Of a stretch of DNA of 64,000 nucleotides, positions 26,090 through 34,634 are shown piece by piece (the first letter of the stretch is position 1; each line of letters begins with the position of its first letter). The translations under genes were made by a program, and so were the position numbers. The stretch comes from Deltaproteobacteria bacterium. Its GTDB lineage: Bacteria > Myxococcota > UBA727 > VGSZ01. The notes below the pieces were generated by a model. It searched no databases. It was given only the letters and a program-made list of their open reading frames with translations, and had not been told where the DNA came from. Where the stretch lies: positions 7,038 to 71,037 of the forward strand of contig VGSZ01000002.1 of NCBI GenBank assembly GCA_016874845.1, in the 5' to 3' direction.

Positions 26090-26593
26090 ATGCCATCGAT
26101 GGACATCGTCTCGAAGCCCGACCAGCACGAGGTGCGCAACGCCGTCGAGCAGGCGCAGAAGGAGCTGAAGACCCGCTTCGACTTCAAGGGCACCGACGCC
26201 GCGCTCGAAGAGGTCGAGGGCGGCTACAAGCTGACCGCCAACACCGAAGAGAAGGTCAAGGCGCTCGCCGACGTGCTCGAGGACAAGTTCATCAAGCGCA
26301 AGCTCAGCATCAAGTTCCTCGAGCGCAAGGACCCGGTGGCATCAGGGGCGCGCTTCACGATGAGCGTTCTTTTGAAGAAATCGCTCGACACCGAGAACGC
26401 CAAGAAGATCGTGGCGGTCATCAAGGAGAACAAGCAGCTCAAGGTGACGGCGTCGATCCAGAACGACAAGAAGACGGGCGACAGCAAGGTGCGCGTCGAG
26501 AGCAAGAACATCGACGACCTGCAGGCCGTGCAGGGCGTCCTGCGCGGCAAGGAACTGCCCGTGCACCTGACCTTCGAGAACTACCAGCGGTGA
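26090..26593 (+). CDS. yajQ: YajQ family (UPF0234) nucleotide/c-di-GMP-binding protein
   Basis: MPSMDIVSKPDQHEVRNAVEQAQKELKTRFDFKGTDAA... ..NIDDLQAVQGVLRGKELPVHLTFENYQR. Confidence 0.9.
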   Translation: MPSMDIVSKPDQHEVRNAVEQAQKELKTRFDFKGTDAALEEVEGGYKLTANTEEKVKALADVLEDKFIKRKLSIKFLERKDPVASGARFTMSVLLKKSLDTENAKKIVAVIKENKQLKVTASIQNDKKTGDSKVRVESKNIDDLQAVQGVLRGKELPVHLTFENYQR

Positions 26594-26627
26594 GACCTCT
26601 TCTTCGTCGGGGGTGCTCTTCGCGCGT

Positions 26628-26965
26628 CACGCTTCCGGCTGCTTTGCCTGTGGCGAGGGTTTCGTCTTCGGCGGGCTCGTCGGCGCGACTGGCCGCGTGG
26701 CTGTCATCGCCATGGGCGCGAGTCGCTCGGTGCCGCGCGGCGGGCGCCACGCTTCCTGCCGCTGTGCCGATGTCGAGGTTTTCTTCTTCGGCGGGCTCGT
26801 CGTTCGACGCTGCCGCGTGGCGGGCTTCGCCTTCGGCGCGAGTCGCTCAGTACCGCGCGGCGGGCGCCACGCTTCCGGCAGCCTCTCCTGTGTCGAGGTT
26901 TTCGTCTTCAGCGGGCTCGTCGGCGCGCCTGGCCGCGTGGCTGTCTTCGCCTTCGGCGCGACCCA
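26628..26965. repeat. 120-bp tandem repeat, about 2.8 copies, intergenic
   Basis: The unit starts (cacgcttcc..) at 26628, 26748 and 26868, so the period is exactly 120 bp. The array ends next to a perfect 11-bp-stem hairpin at 26964-26991. Confidence 0.85.
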
Positions 26966-27140
26966 GGGGGACGGCTGGCCCCGTCCCCCTGAGAACCCCC
27001 GGGCCCTGGGGGCTGCGTGCACCAGCACACGGCCCAAGCGGCGGTCGCTCATTGACGACGAGCATGCAGCCGGGCCGCCGACAGCGGGCCGTGTGCCTCG
27101 CCGCGAGCGCTCGCTCTGCTCGGCTGCAGACGCGCTTCGC

Positions 27141-27230
27141 GTCGCTGGTGCCGTCGTCGCTGGTGCCGTCGTCGCTGGTGCCTTCGTCGCTGGTGCCGTC
27201 GTCGCTGGTGCCTTCGTCGCCGTTGGTTGC
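27141..27230. repeat. 15-bp minisatellite (gtcgctggtgccgtc) x6 upstream of the SDR gene
   Basis: Read directly from the sequence: five near-perfect units and one degenerate unit. Confidence 0.85.
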
Positions 27231-27281
27231 TGCGTCGCCGCCTGCTTCTTCGTCTTCCTGCTCGCTCTGCGGAGGTCGGTG

Positions 27282-28001
27282 ATGCCCGTCGCTCTCGTCA
27301 CCGGTGCCGGCGTGCGCGTCGGGCGCGCCGTCGCGCTGGCCCTCGCCGACGCCGGCTACGATGTCGCGCTGCACGCGCACAGCCACCGGGCCGCCCTCGA
27401 CGACGTCGCCGCCGCCGTGGTCGCGCGCGGGCGCCAGGCCTCGCTGCACGCCGCCGACCTGTCGACGGTCGAGGGCGCGTTCGCGCTCGGCGAGGACGTG
27501 ATGGCCCGCTGGCCTGGCCTCGACGTCGTCGTCCACAACGCCGCGCTGTTCGCCGAGGTGCCCTTCGCGCAGCTGACGCCCGCGCAGTGGCGGCTGATGC
27601 AGGCGGTCAACCTCGAAGCGCCGGCGTTTCTGACCCAGCGGCTGCTGCCGGCCTTGCGAAGGTCGCCCGCCGCCAGCGTCGTCTGCATCGCCGACGTCGC
27701 TGGCGAGCGCCCCATCCGGCGGCACGCCCACTACTGCGTCAGCAAGGCCGGGCTGCTGATGCTCGTGAAGGCCCTCGCCCTCGAGCTCGCCCCGATCCGC
27801 GTGAACGCCATAGGCCCCGGCGCCGTCGCCTTCCCCGACGACTACGACGCCGACAAGGTCGCGCGCATCCTCGCGCGCGTGCCGCTCGGCCGCACCGGCA
27901 GCCCCGACGACATCGCCGCCGCCGTCGTGTTCCTCGCTGCGCAGGGCTACGTCACCGGGCAGATGCTCGCCGTCGACGGCGGCCGCAACGTCGGGCTCTG
28001 A
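27282..28001 (+). CDS. Short-chain dehydrogenase/reductase, pteridine-reductase (FolM/PTR1)-like
   Basis: GGAGG RBS, ATG at 27282. VTGAGVRVGRAVALAL (cofactor-binding Gly motif), NAA.., YCVSKAG (YxxxK), IRVNAIGPG. Confidence 0.8.
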   Translation: MPVALVTGAGVRVGRAVALALADAGYDVALHAHSHRAALDDVAAAVVARGRQASLHAADLSTVEGAFALGEDVMARWPGLDVVVHNAALFAEVPFAQLTPAQWRLMQAVNLEAPAFLTQRLLPALRRSPAASVVCIADVAGERPIRRHAHYCVSKAGLLMLVKALALELAPIRVNAIGPGAVAFPDDYDADKVARILARVPLGRTGSPDDIAAAVVFLAAQGYVTGQMLAVDGGRNVGL

Positions 28002-28035
28002 CCGGCGCTCGACGTCGGCTGGGATTGCGCCGCGG

Positions 28036-30933
28036 TCAGAAGAACCGCGCGAAGAAGGCCTTCAGCACGTTCGTCCCCGCCGCCGGCGCGCTCCACACCG
28101 CGTGGGCGACGCCCAGAGGCTCGCAGTAGACGACGTCGGCGCCGCCGCCGCAGCCGACGAACTCGAAGCACTCGCCGTCCAGCGCGCTCGACGTCCCCGA
28201 CAGCGCGCCGCAGCCGTTCTGCGCCGCCCAGCGCTCGGCGACGAAGAGGCTCTGCTCCTCGAAGATCGGCCCGAGCTGGACCACGCACTCGCCGGGGCTG
28301 CCAAGGCAGATCGCCGGGGCCCCGCAGTCGGAAGTGCTTGCGCACTGGGTCGGCGGGTCCGTGGTCGGCTCGAAGGTGCCGTCGAGGGCGCCGTGGACGA
28401 CGAGCTGCGGCACGCGCGTGGTCGTGCAGGTGGCCGGATCCAGACGCAGGAACTCGCCCCGGTCGTCGCGCAGGAAGCCGAACTCGCGGCCCGACGTCGA
28501 CGGCGACGGCTGCCCCTCGAAGCCGCCCTGGTACGTCGCCAGCGCGGTCATGTCCTCGTCGAAGCAGCGCAGCGACTGCGCAAAGAACGCGCCCCCCGAG
28601 AAGCCGGCGAAGAACGTCTTCGCCGGGTCGACGCAGGCGCCCTCGGCGACCAGGGCCTTGAACGCGCGCACGGCGGCGATGTCGTTGTTGGCCTGGCAGT
28701 CGTTGTTGTTCGCGCAGCGGGTCAGCGAGTTCCACGAGACGAAGGTGCTGAAGTCATCGCGCACCTCGGGCGCCAGCCGGTTCTGGCCGTGCAGCGCGAT
28801 GACGATGGCGTTGGCCGAGTACTCGTCGGCGCCGAAGATGCCCGTCGCCCGCGCCGACGGATCGAGAGGAGCGCCGGTGTCCTGGTCGCCGTGCAGCTCG
28901 ACGACCACCGGGTGGGCGATGGTGTGGTTGTAGCCGGCGGGGAAGCGGATCGCCGCCTCGCGCGGGATGCCGCCCACCGTCAGCGTCACGAGGGCATCGG
29001 GCTGGCCGTCGGCGGGCGCCGCGTCGACGAACAGCGTCGGGTCGAACGCCGCGCGCCCGCAGCCCGGCGAGCGCCCGGTGCAGCGCGACGACGTCGCGTC
29101 GGGCACGCACGGGTCGCTGGCGGCGGTGGGGCTCTGCGTGTCGGCGGCGTTGGTCACACCGTCGCGGTCGAAGTCGCCGCTGCCGCAGGCGACGCCGTTG
29201 GGGTTCGGCACGCACGGGTTGGCGTCGTCGACGTCGGCGGCGTTGCTGACACCGTCAGCGTCGCTGTCGCCGCTGTCGCAGGCCGTCGAGTCGGGGTCGG
29301 GGTCGCAGCCGTCCTCGGGGTCAGAGCCGTCGCGCTGCTCGTCGGCGTTGCTGACGTCGTCGCCGTCGCGATCGCCGCCGGGGCAGGCCAGGGCGTCGCC
29401 GTCGGGGCGACACGGGTCGGCGGCGGTGTTGAGGGCGCCGACGCGGTCGAGGCCGTTGGCGACGTCGTCGCCGTCGAAGTCGCCGGTGGCGCACGCCAGC
29501 GCGTCGGCGTCGGGCGCGCACTCGTCCTCGGGCGCAGGGTCGATGCTCGTCGTGCACCGGCCAGCGACGCACGGGCCTGACGCGCCGCAGTCGGCGGTGA
29601 CGGCGCAGGCGCCGCCGTTGAACAAGGCGTCGCCGTCGAAGTCGCCGCCGGGGCAGGCGAGGGCGTCGGGCTGGGGGCGGCACGGGTCGGTGGCGGTGCT
29701 GGTGGTGCCCACCCGGTCGAGGCTGTTGATCACCTTGTCGCCGTCGAGGTCGCCGCTCGGGCAGGCGAGCACGGCGGTGGACGGGATGCAGGCGTTGTCA
29801 CGCTGGGGATCGTCGCCGTTGTTGACGCCGTCGCCGTCGGTGTCGCCGTCGGGGCAGGCGAGGCTGTCGGGGGTCTGGTCGGGGACGCACGGGTCGTCGT
29901 CGTCGGGGTCGGTCCCGTTGTTGACGCCGTCGTCGTCGGCGTCACCGTCGGGGCAGGCGAGGATGTCTTCCTGCGGCACGCAGGGGTTCTGGCGCTGCGG
30001 GTCGTCTTGGTTCTGCGTACCGTCGCCGTCGGTGTCGCCGGTGAGGCAGGCCAGCGCGTCGGGGGTTTGGTCGGGCAGGCACGGGTCGGTGGGCGCGGCG
30101 TCGGCGCCGTTGGTCAGGCCGTCGCCGTCGGTGTCGCCGGTGCCGCAGGCGAGGGCGCGGGTGTCGGGCACGCAGGGGCTCTGCGGCTGCGGGTCGCTGC
30201 CGTTCGGGGCGCCGTCGCCGTCGACGTCGCCGTCGGGGCAGGCGAGGATCTGGTCCTCGGGTACGCACGGGTCGGCGGGGGCGAGGTCGGCGTCGTTGCG
30301 GACGCCGTCGCCGTCGCTGTCGTTGGACGGGCACGCCAGCGACGCGTTGCTCGGGATGCACGGGTTCGACGAGTTGGGATCGACGCCGTTGCGGACGCCG
30401 TCGCCGTCGAGGTCGCCGGTGCCGCAGGCGAGCACCGCCGTGGTCGGCACGCACGCGTCCTGCGGCGCCGCGTCGCCGTCGTTGCGCGTGCCGTCGCCGT
30501 CGGCGTCACCGGTGGGGCACGCCGGCGCGTTGCCGCTCGGGTTGCACGGGTCGGCGGGGTCGCCGTCGTTGCGGTTGACGACGCCGTCGCCGTCGCTGTC
30601 GCCGGTGGGACAGGCGAGGGCCGCGAGGTTGGGGCGGCAAGGGTCGGCGGGCGCGCCGTCGAGGCTGTCGACGACGCCGTCGCCGTCGCTGTCGGGGCCC
30701 TCGCCTTCGCCTTCGCCTTCGCCCTCGCCTTCGCCTTCGCCCTCGCCCTCGCCTTCCCCTTCCCCTTCCCCTTCCCCTTCCCCTTCGCCCTCGCCTTCGC
30801 CTTCCCCTTCGCCTTCCCCTTCCCCTTCGCCGACGGCGACGCGGGGCGGTCGGCGGTCGTCGGCGGGGGCGCATCCGACGAGCGCGACGAGGGCGGCAGC
30901 GACGACGACGACGAGGCTGGCGGGACGGAGCAT
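28036..30933 (-). CDS. Lipoprotein: (GE)~23 tether + ~14 thrombospondin-type-3-like Ca-binding repeats + C-terminal esterase/PHB-depolymerase-like alpha/beta hydrolase
   Basis: Start MLRPASLVVVVAAALVALVGC at 30933. Repeats of the form CPxGDxDGDGVxNxxDxxPxDPCxP. C-terminal HPVVVELHGDQD.. with nucleophile elbow GFSGGA. Ends ..NVLKAFFARFF. Confidence 0.8.
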   Translation of the reverse strand: MLRPASLVVVVAAALVALVGCAPADDRRPPRVAVGEGEGEGEGEGEGEGEGEGEGEGEGEGEGEGEGEGEGEGEGEGEGPDSDGDGVVDSLDGAPADPCRPNLAALACPTGDSDGDGVVNRNDGDPADPCNPSGNAPACPTGDADGDGTRNDGDAAPQDACVPTTAVLACGTGDLDGDGVRNGVDPNSSNPCIPSNASLACPSNDSDGDGVRNDADLAPADPCVPEDQILACPDGDVDGDGAPNGSDPQPQSPCVPDTRALACGTGDTDGDGLTNGADAAPTDPCLPDQTPDALACLTGDTDGDGTQNQDDPQRQNPCVPQEDILACPDGDADDDGVNNGTDPDDDDPCVPDQTPDSLACPDGDTDGDGVNNGDDPQRDNACIPSTAVLACPSGDLDGDKVINSLDRVGTTSTATDPCRPQPDALACPGGDFDGDALFNGGACAVTADCGASGPCVAGRCTTSIDPAPEDECAPDADALACATGDFDGDDVANGLDRVGALNTAADPCRPDGDALACPGGDRDGDDVSNADEQRDGSDPEDGCDPDPDSTACDSGDSDADGVSNAADVDDANPCVPNPNGVACGSGDFDRDGVTNAADTQSPTAASDPCVPDATSSRCTGRSPGCGRAAFDPTLFVDAAPADGQPDALVTLTVGGIPREAAIRFPAGYNHTIAHPVVVELHGDQDTGAPLDPSARATGIFGADEYSANAIVIALHGQNRLAPEVRDDFSTFVSWNSLTRCANNNDCQANNDIAAVRAFKALVAEGACVDPAKTFFAGFSGGAFFAQSLRCFDEDMTALATYQGGFEGQPSPSTSGREFGFLRDDRGEFLRLDPATCTTTRVPQLVVHGALDGTFEPTTDPPTQCASTSDCGAPAICLGSPGECVVQLGPIFEEQSLFVAERWAAQNGCGALSGTSSALDGECFEFVGCGGGADVVYCEPLGVAHAVWSAPAAGTNVLKAFFARFF
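30697..30830. repeat. Hexanucleotide array encoding a (GE)~22 tether (minus-strand gene)
   Basis: Plus-strand ccctcgccttcgcc...ccttcccc..., with mixed GAG/GAA and GGC/GGG codons. Confidence 0.9.
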
Positions 30934-31073
30934 GAGGGAAGCGTTCCCGACGACCGGGGCGGTGTCAAACGTCGACGCCGGAGTCGGATCGCGGGGTGGT
31001 GGGCGTCGACCGGCTTTGACCGCGCGGCGCCGAGCGGGCACGAGTCGACGGCCGCTGCCCCCCGGGAGGACCC

Positions 31074-31673
31074 GTGACCGACCTGCTGCGCGTCGACGAC
31101 GTCGAGGTCCACTGCGTGATCGGCGTCTACGCCGAGGAGCGCACGACGCCGCAGGCGCTGCGGGTGTCGTTGGCGCTGGCGCTCGACGCCGGCCGCGCCG
31201 CGCGCTCGGGCGAGCTCGTCGACACCGTCGACTACGCGCGGCTGTTCGGGCAGCTGCGCTTCGTGCTGCAGCGCGGCGCCTTTCGCCTGATCGAGACCGC
31301 CGCCCTCGCCCTGTGCGCCGTCGTGCAGCGCGCCGCCCCCGTGGTCGACGAGCTGACCTTGACGCTGAAGAAGCCAGGCGCCCTTGGCGGCAACGGCGTG
31401 CCGGCGCTGTCCTTGACCCGACGGCGTGCGGCGGTCGGCGTCGTCGACGACGAGCGCCTGTGGGCCGGCCCGGACGCGTCGGTGGACGCCGTGGGCGTGC
31501 CGGCGGGCGCGCGGCTGACGCTGCCCGTGGGCTGCGCCGCGCTCGACGTCGAGGCCGGCCGGCAGGGCGTGGTGGTCGAGCACGACGGCGTCGTCGACGC
31601 CGTCGACCGGGCGCGGGTGCTGCTGCTGGTGGCGACGCCGCCGCTTGCGCGCGGGGCGTGGACGGTGGGCTGA
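31074..31673 (+). CDS. folB: Dihydroneopterin aldolase (FolB) domain with ~80-aa C-terminal extension
   Basis: GTG start. LRVDDVEVHCVIGVYAEERTTPQALRVSLAL..DTVDYARLFGQLRFVLQRGAFRLIETAALAL.. is FolB-like. Residues ~120-199 have no family that I recognise. Confidence 0.7.
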   Translation: MTDLLRVDDVEVHCVIGVYAEERTTPQALRVSLALALDAGRAARSGELVDTVDYARLFGQLRFVLQRGAFRLIETAALALCAVVQRAAPVVDELTLTLKKPGALGGNGVPALSLTRRRAAVGVVDDERLWAGPDASVDAVGVPAGARLTLPVGCAALDVEAGRQGVVVEHDGVVDAVDRARVLLLVATPPLARGAWTVG

Positions 31674-31791
31674 GCGCGCGCCGCCGTCGGCGCGCGGAGA
31701 CGCCGTCCACCATGCTGGGCGAGAGGAAGCCCTCTCGCAGAGTGCGCAGCGTGGGGACAGGGCAGCGGCGGAGCCGCGGGTGAGAGCCGGG

Positions 31792-32805
31792 TCAGGGCTT
31801 GCCGACGACGACGGTGGTGGGCTGCTCCAACGACAGGACCGCGAGGGCACCGGCGCCGGCGGCGACGAGCACGACGCCGCCGGCGGTCCACCAGAACCAC
31901 GGCTGGTCGGTGAGCGGGATCTCGCGCAGCTCGCCGCGGGCGATGGTGGTCTCGCCGCGGGCGACGACGACGTCGAGGTCGAGGGGCGCGAAGCCGTCCT
32001 TGCGCAGGCTGAAGCGGTGGGCGCCGCTGGCGACGTCGGTCAGCGGGCCCGCCAGCGGCGCCAGGCCGTGGTCCTTGCCGTCGAAGACGACCTGCGCGCC
32101 CGCGGGGGCGATCAGCTCGACGCGACCCTTGTGGGTGCCGGCGTTGTCGGGGTCGAACAGGCGCTGCACCAGCGGCCTCGCCAGCAGCAGCAGGTCCTGG
32201 TCGCTGCCGCGCCACGCGGCCTCCTGCCGGCCGACGACGCGGGCCTCGCCGCCGGCGACGTCGAACAGCGTGACGCCAAGGGCGAGGGTGCCCTGCAGGC
32301 GCTGCATCGTGCCCGACACGACCATCGTCGCGTTCACCAGCTGGGCGACGTCGGCCATGCACTGCACCTCGGCGCAGCCGGCCAGCTGCGAGTCGGCCTG
32401 GTGGCTCATCAGCGCCTTCAGCTCGTTGCGGCTGATGGCCCGCTTGCCCGGCAGCGCCGCGACCTCGGCGGTGAGCATCGTCGTCAACGCCTGCGCCTGC
32501 GCCGTGGCGCCCTCACCCGCCTTCAGGTCGAGCACCGCCACCACCATCGGCGCGGTCGCGGTGGTCGCCGGCGGCGCCTCGGCCGCGGTCACCGTCAGCG
32601 CCGCCGTCGTCGCCGTCGGCGGCGGCGGTGCGGTCGCGGTGGTCACCGTCGTCGGGGCCGGCGCCGCCGCCGTGGTCGGTGCGGGTGGGGAGGCCGCGAC
32701 GGCTTGCGGCGCCGCCGGCGGCGCGACGGGGTCCGGCGCGTCGTCGGCGCGGGCGGGGCCAGAGAGCGCGACGGCAAGGGCGAAGCAGGCAGCAGAGCGA
32801 CGCAT
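31792..32805 (-). CDS. PEGA-domain protein with signal peptide and C-terminal TM anchor
   Basis: Start MRRSAACFALAVALSGPARA at 32805. P/A/T-rich linker, then VAVLDLKAGEG..ISRNELKALM.. (LpoB/CsgG-like fold motif). PEGA-like GRVELIAPAGAQVVFDGKDHGLAP..HRFSLRKDGFAP. TM segment WFWWTAGGVVLVAAGAGALAVL. Confidence 0.7.
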   Translation of the reverse strand: MRRSAACFALAVALSGPARADDAPDPVAPPAAPQAVAASPPAPTTAAAPAPTTVTTATAPPPPTATTAALTVTAAEAPPATTATAPMVVAVLDLKAGEGATAQAQALTTMLTAEVAALPGKRAISRNELKALMSHQADSQLAGCAEVQCMADVAQLVNATMVVSGTMQRLQGTLALGVTLFDVAGGEARVVGRQEAAWRGSDQDLLLLARPLVQRLFDPDNAGTHKGRVELIAPAGAQVVFDGKDHGLAPLAGPLTDVASGAHRFSLRKDGFAPLDLDVVVARGETTIARGELREIPLTDQPWFWWTAGGVVLVAAGAGALAVLSLEQPTTVVVGKP

Positions 32806-32857
32806 GCCGCATCGTCGACGGAACACGACGCACCACGCAACCCGGTCGCCCCAAAGG

Positions 32858-32883
32858 CGAACCCCGCCCGAAGGCGGGGTTCG
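32858..32883 (-). terminator. Putative intrinsic terminator of rplM-rpsI
   Basis: Perfect 11-bp stem cgaaccccgcc/ggcggggttcg with a 4-nt loop, 44 nt downstream of the rpsI stop. It is followed on the minus strand by gccttt. The U-tract is weak, as is usual in high-GC genomes. Confidence 0.55.
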
Positions 32884-32926
32884 TCGCCGGCAGGACACCG
32901 GATGAAAGACCGGCGTCGTCGCGAGC

Positions 32927-33319
32927 TCAGCGCTTGCTGAACTGGAAGCGCTTGCGGGCGCCGGGCCGACCGTACTTCTTGCGCTCGACCGCGCGGCTGT
33001 CGCGGGTCAGCAGGCCGGCCTTCTTCAGGGCCGGGCGCAGCGTGGCGTTGGCCTCGCACAGCGCGCGGGCGAGGCCGTGGCGCACGGCGCCCGCCTGGCC
33101 CGACAGGCCGCCGCCGGCGACGGTGGCGACGAGGTCGTACTGACCCTTGACCTCGGCGGCCTCGAACGGCTGCGCGAGCACCATGCGGAGCACCTCACGC
33201 TTGAAGTAGAGCTCGATGCCCTTGCCGTTGATGGTGATGGCGCCGCTGCCCGGCTTGACCCACACACGGGCGCTCGCTTCCTTGCGGCGACCGGTGGCAT
33301 AGAAACGCGTGTTCGACAT
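32927..33319 (-). CDS. rpsI: 30S ribosomal protein S9
   Basis: [33 protein letters not shown]...[29 protein letters not shown]. Confidence 0.95.
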   Translation of the reverse strand: MSNTRFYATGRRKEASARVWVKPGSGAITINGKGIELYFKREVLRMVLAQPFEAAEVKGQYDLVATVAGGGLSGQAGAVRHGLARALCEANATLRPALKKAGLLTRDSRAVERKKYGRPGARKRFQFSKR

Positions 33320-33354
33320 GAGAATTCCTTATATTCTGGAAAGAGAGAAGACGG

Positions 33355-33786
33355 TCACTCGGCCAGCGTGAGCGGCTCGGGCTTTTGCGCCTTGTGGTGG
33401 TGGTCGCTGCCGGCGTACGCCTTCAGCTTCTTCAGCTGGGCGCGGCCGAGGGGGCCCTTGGGCAGCATGCCCTGCACGGCGGCGATGATCATGCGCTCGG
33501 GATGGGTCGCGCGCATCGTGACGGCCGGGGTCGCCTTCTCGCCACCGTAGAAGCCGCTGTAGCGCCAGTAGATCTTCTGCTCTTCCTTCTTGCCGGTGAG
33601 CTTGATCTTCTCGGCGTTGACCACGATGACGAAGTCACCCGCGTCGGCGTGGGGCGTGAACGTCGGCTTGTTCTTGCCGCGCAGCACGTTGGCGATCTGG
33701 CTGGCCAGGCGGCCCAGGGTCTTGCCGTTGGCGTCGACGACGTACCACTTACGTCCCTCGCCCGGCCGGGCAAACTCGGTCTTCAT
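33355..33786 (-). CDS. rplM: 50S ribosomal protein L13
   Basis: Start [46 protein letters not shown].. at 33786. 143 aa. Confidence 0.95.
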   Translation of the reverse strand: MKTEFARPGEGRKWYVVDANGKTLGRLASQIANVLRGKNKPTFTPHADAGDFVIVVNAEKIKLTGKKEEQKIYWRYSGFYGGEKATPAVTMRATHPERMIIAAVQGMLPKGPLGRAQLKKLKAYAGSDHHHKAQKPEPLTLAE

Positions 33787-33974
33787 CTCGGTCCTTTCGG
33801 CACCCCCGTCGTCGACGAACACACAGGTTCGCGCCGGCGGAGACACCTGCGCCATCGCGGCGCGTGCGGAGGGTGGGTTCCTCGGCTGGCCTGACTCTCA
33901 GGCCGGTCGACGAACACACCCCTCAGGGTTGAGCCGTCGCGTTCGCCCGCGCGGACCGGGCTGTCAACCGCCTG

Positions 33975-34335
33975 ACCCGTCCTTCTCCCCGCCTCGCGCT
34001 TCTCTCTTCGCGCCTGGGGAAGCCCTCGCCCAGACCTGGGGGACGGCTGCGGCGACCCCGCGGGCTCTTCGACTTCTTTGGTCTGCCAGCGGCGTCGCCT
34101 TTTGAGCTTTCGCCTTCGGCGCGACCTGGATGAGAGGAAGCCCTCGCCCAGAATTGGGAGAGGGCTGCGGCGAAGCCGCGGGTGAGGGCCCTGTCCTTCT
34201 CGCGCTTCGTGCTTCGCGCTTCTTGCTTCTTGGTCGACCGGTCTGCGCCCCGCTGCCATCGTCGTCCTCTTCGGCTCCTTTGGTCTGCCGGCGATGTCGC
34301 CTTTCGACCTTTCGCCTTCGGCGCGACCTGGGGGC
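33975..34335. repeat. Two tandem ~155-205-bp units of the REP-like element family
   Basis: Each unit has a cttctc..cgcttc tract, a palindrome (ccctcgcccaga..tgggagaggg / gcccagacctggggg) and ..tttggtctgcc.gcg.tgtcgcctttcga.ctttcgccttcggcgcgacctgg. The ttcgccttcggcgcgac motif is shared with the 26.6-27.0 kb array. Confidence 0.75.
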
Positions 34336-34487
34336 CGGTCGCGCCCGGCCCCCAGGCCCCCCGGCGCTTCGCAGAGTGCTCACACGGCAAAGCGACCCGG
34401 GCCCCGCAGGCGATCACGTTCGCCGCGTCGTCGTCACCGGCTGCGGCGCGCGGGTCGCTTCGCCTGTCCGCGACGCCTCTTGGCATC

Positions 34488-34625
34488 GCTGCTGACGTCC
34501 CTGCTGACGTCGCTGCTGCCGTCGATGCTGACGTCGCTGCTGCCGTCGCTGCTGCCGTCGCTGCTGCCGTCGATGCTGACGTCGATGCTGACGTCGATGC
34601 GGTCGTCGCTGCCTTCGTCGCTGCG
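34488..34625. repeat. 12-bp minisatellite (gctgctgacgtc / gctgctgccgtc / gatgctgacgtc) about 11 units
   Basis: Read directly from the sequence. It lies immediately 3' of the DUF2237 gene stop (34635). Confidence 0.85.
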
Positions 34626-34634
34626 AGCGCGGCT

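Noticed and set aside
26627-27301. 224-aa basic, repeat-containing minus-strand ORF (..APKAKTATRPGAPTSPLKTKTS..) across the 120-bp repeat. The similar ORF 33923..34486(-) crosses the REP-like repeats.
   Set aside because: The periodicity comes from the DNA repeat, which also occurs in clearly non-coding contexts. There is no start or RBS context, and the composition is typical of translated GC-rich repeats. I kept it as a repeat, not a CDS. Proteomics would be needed to revive it.
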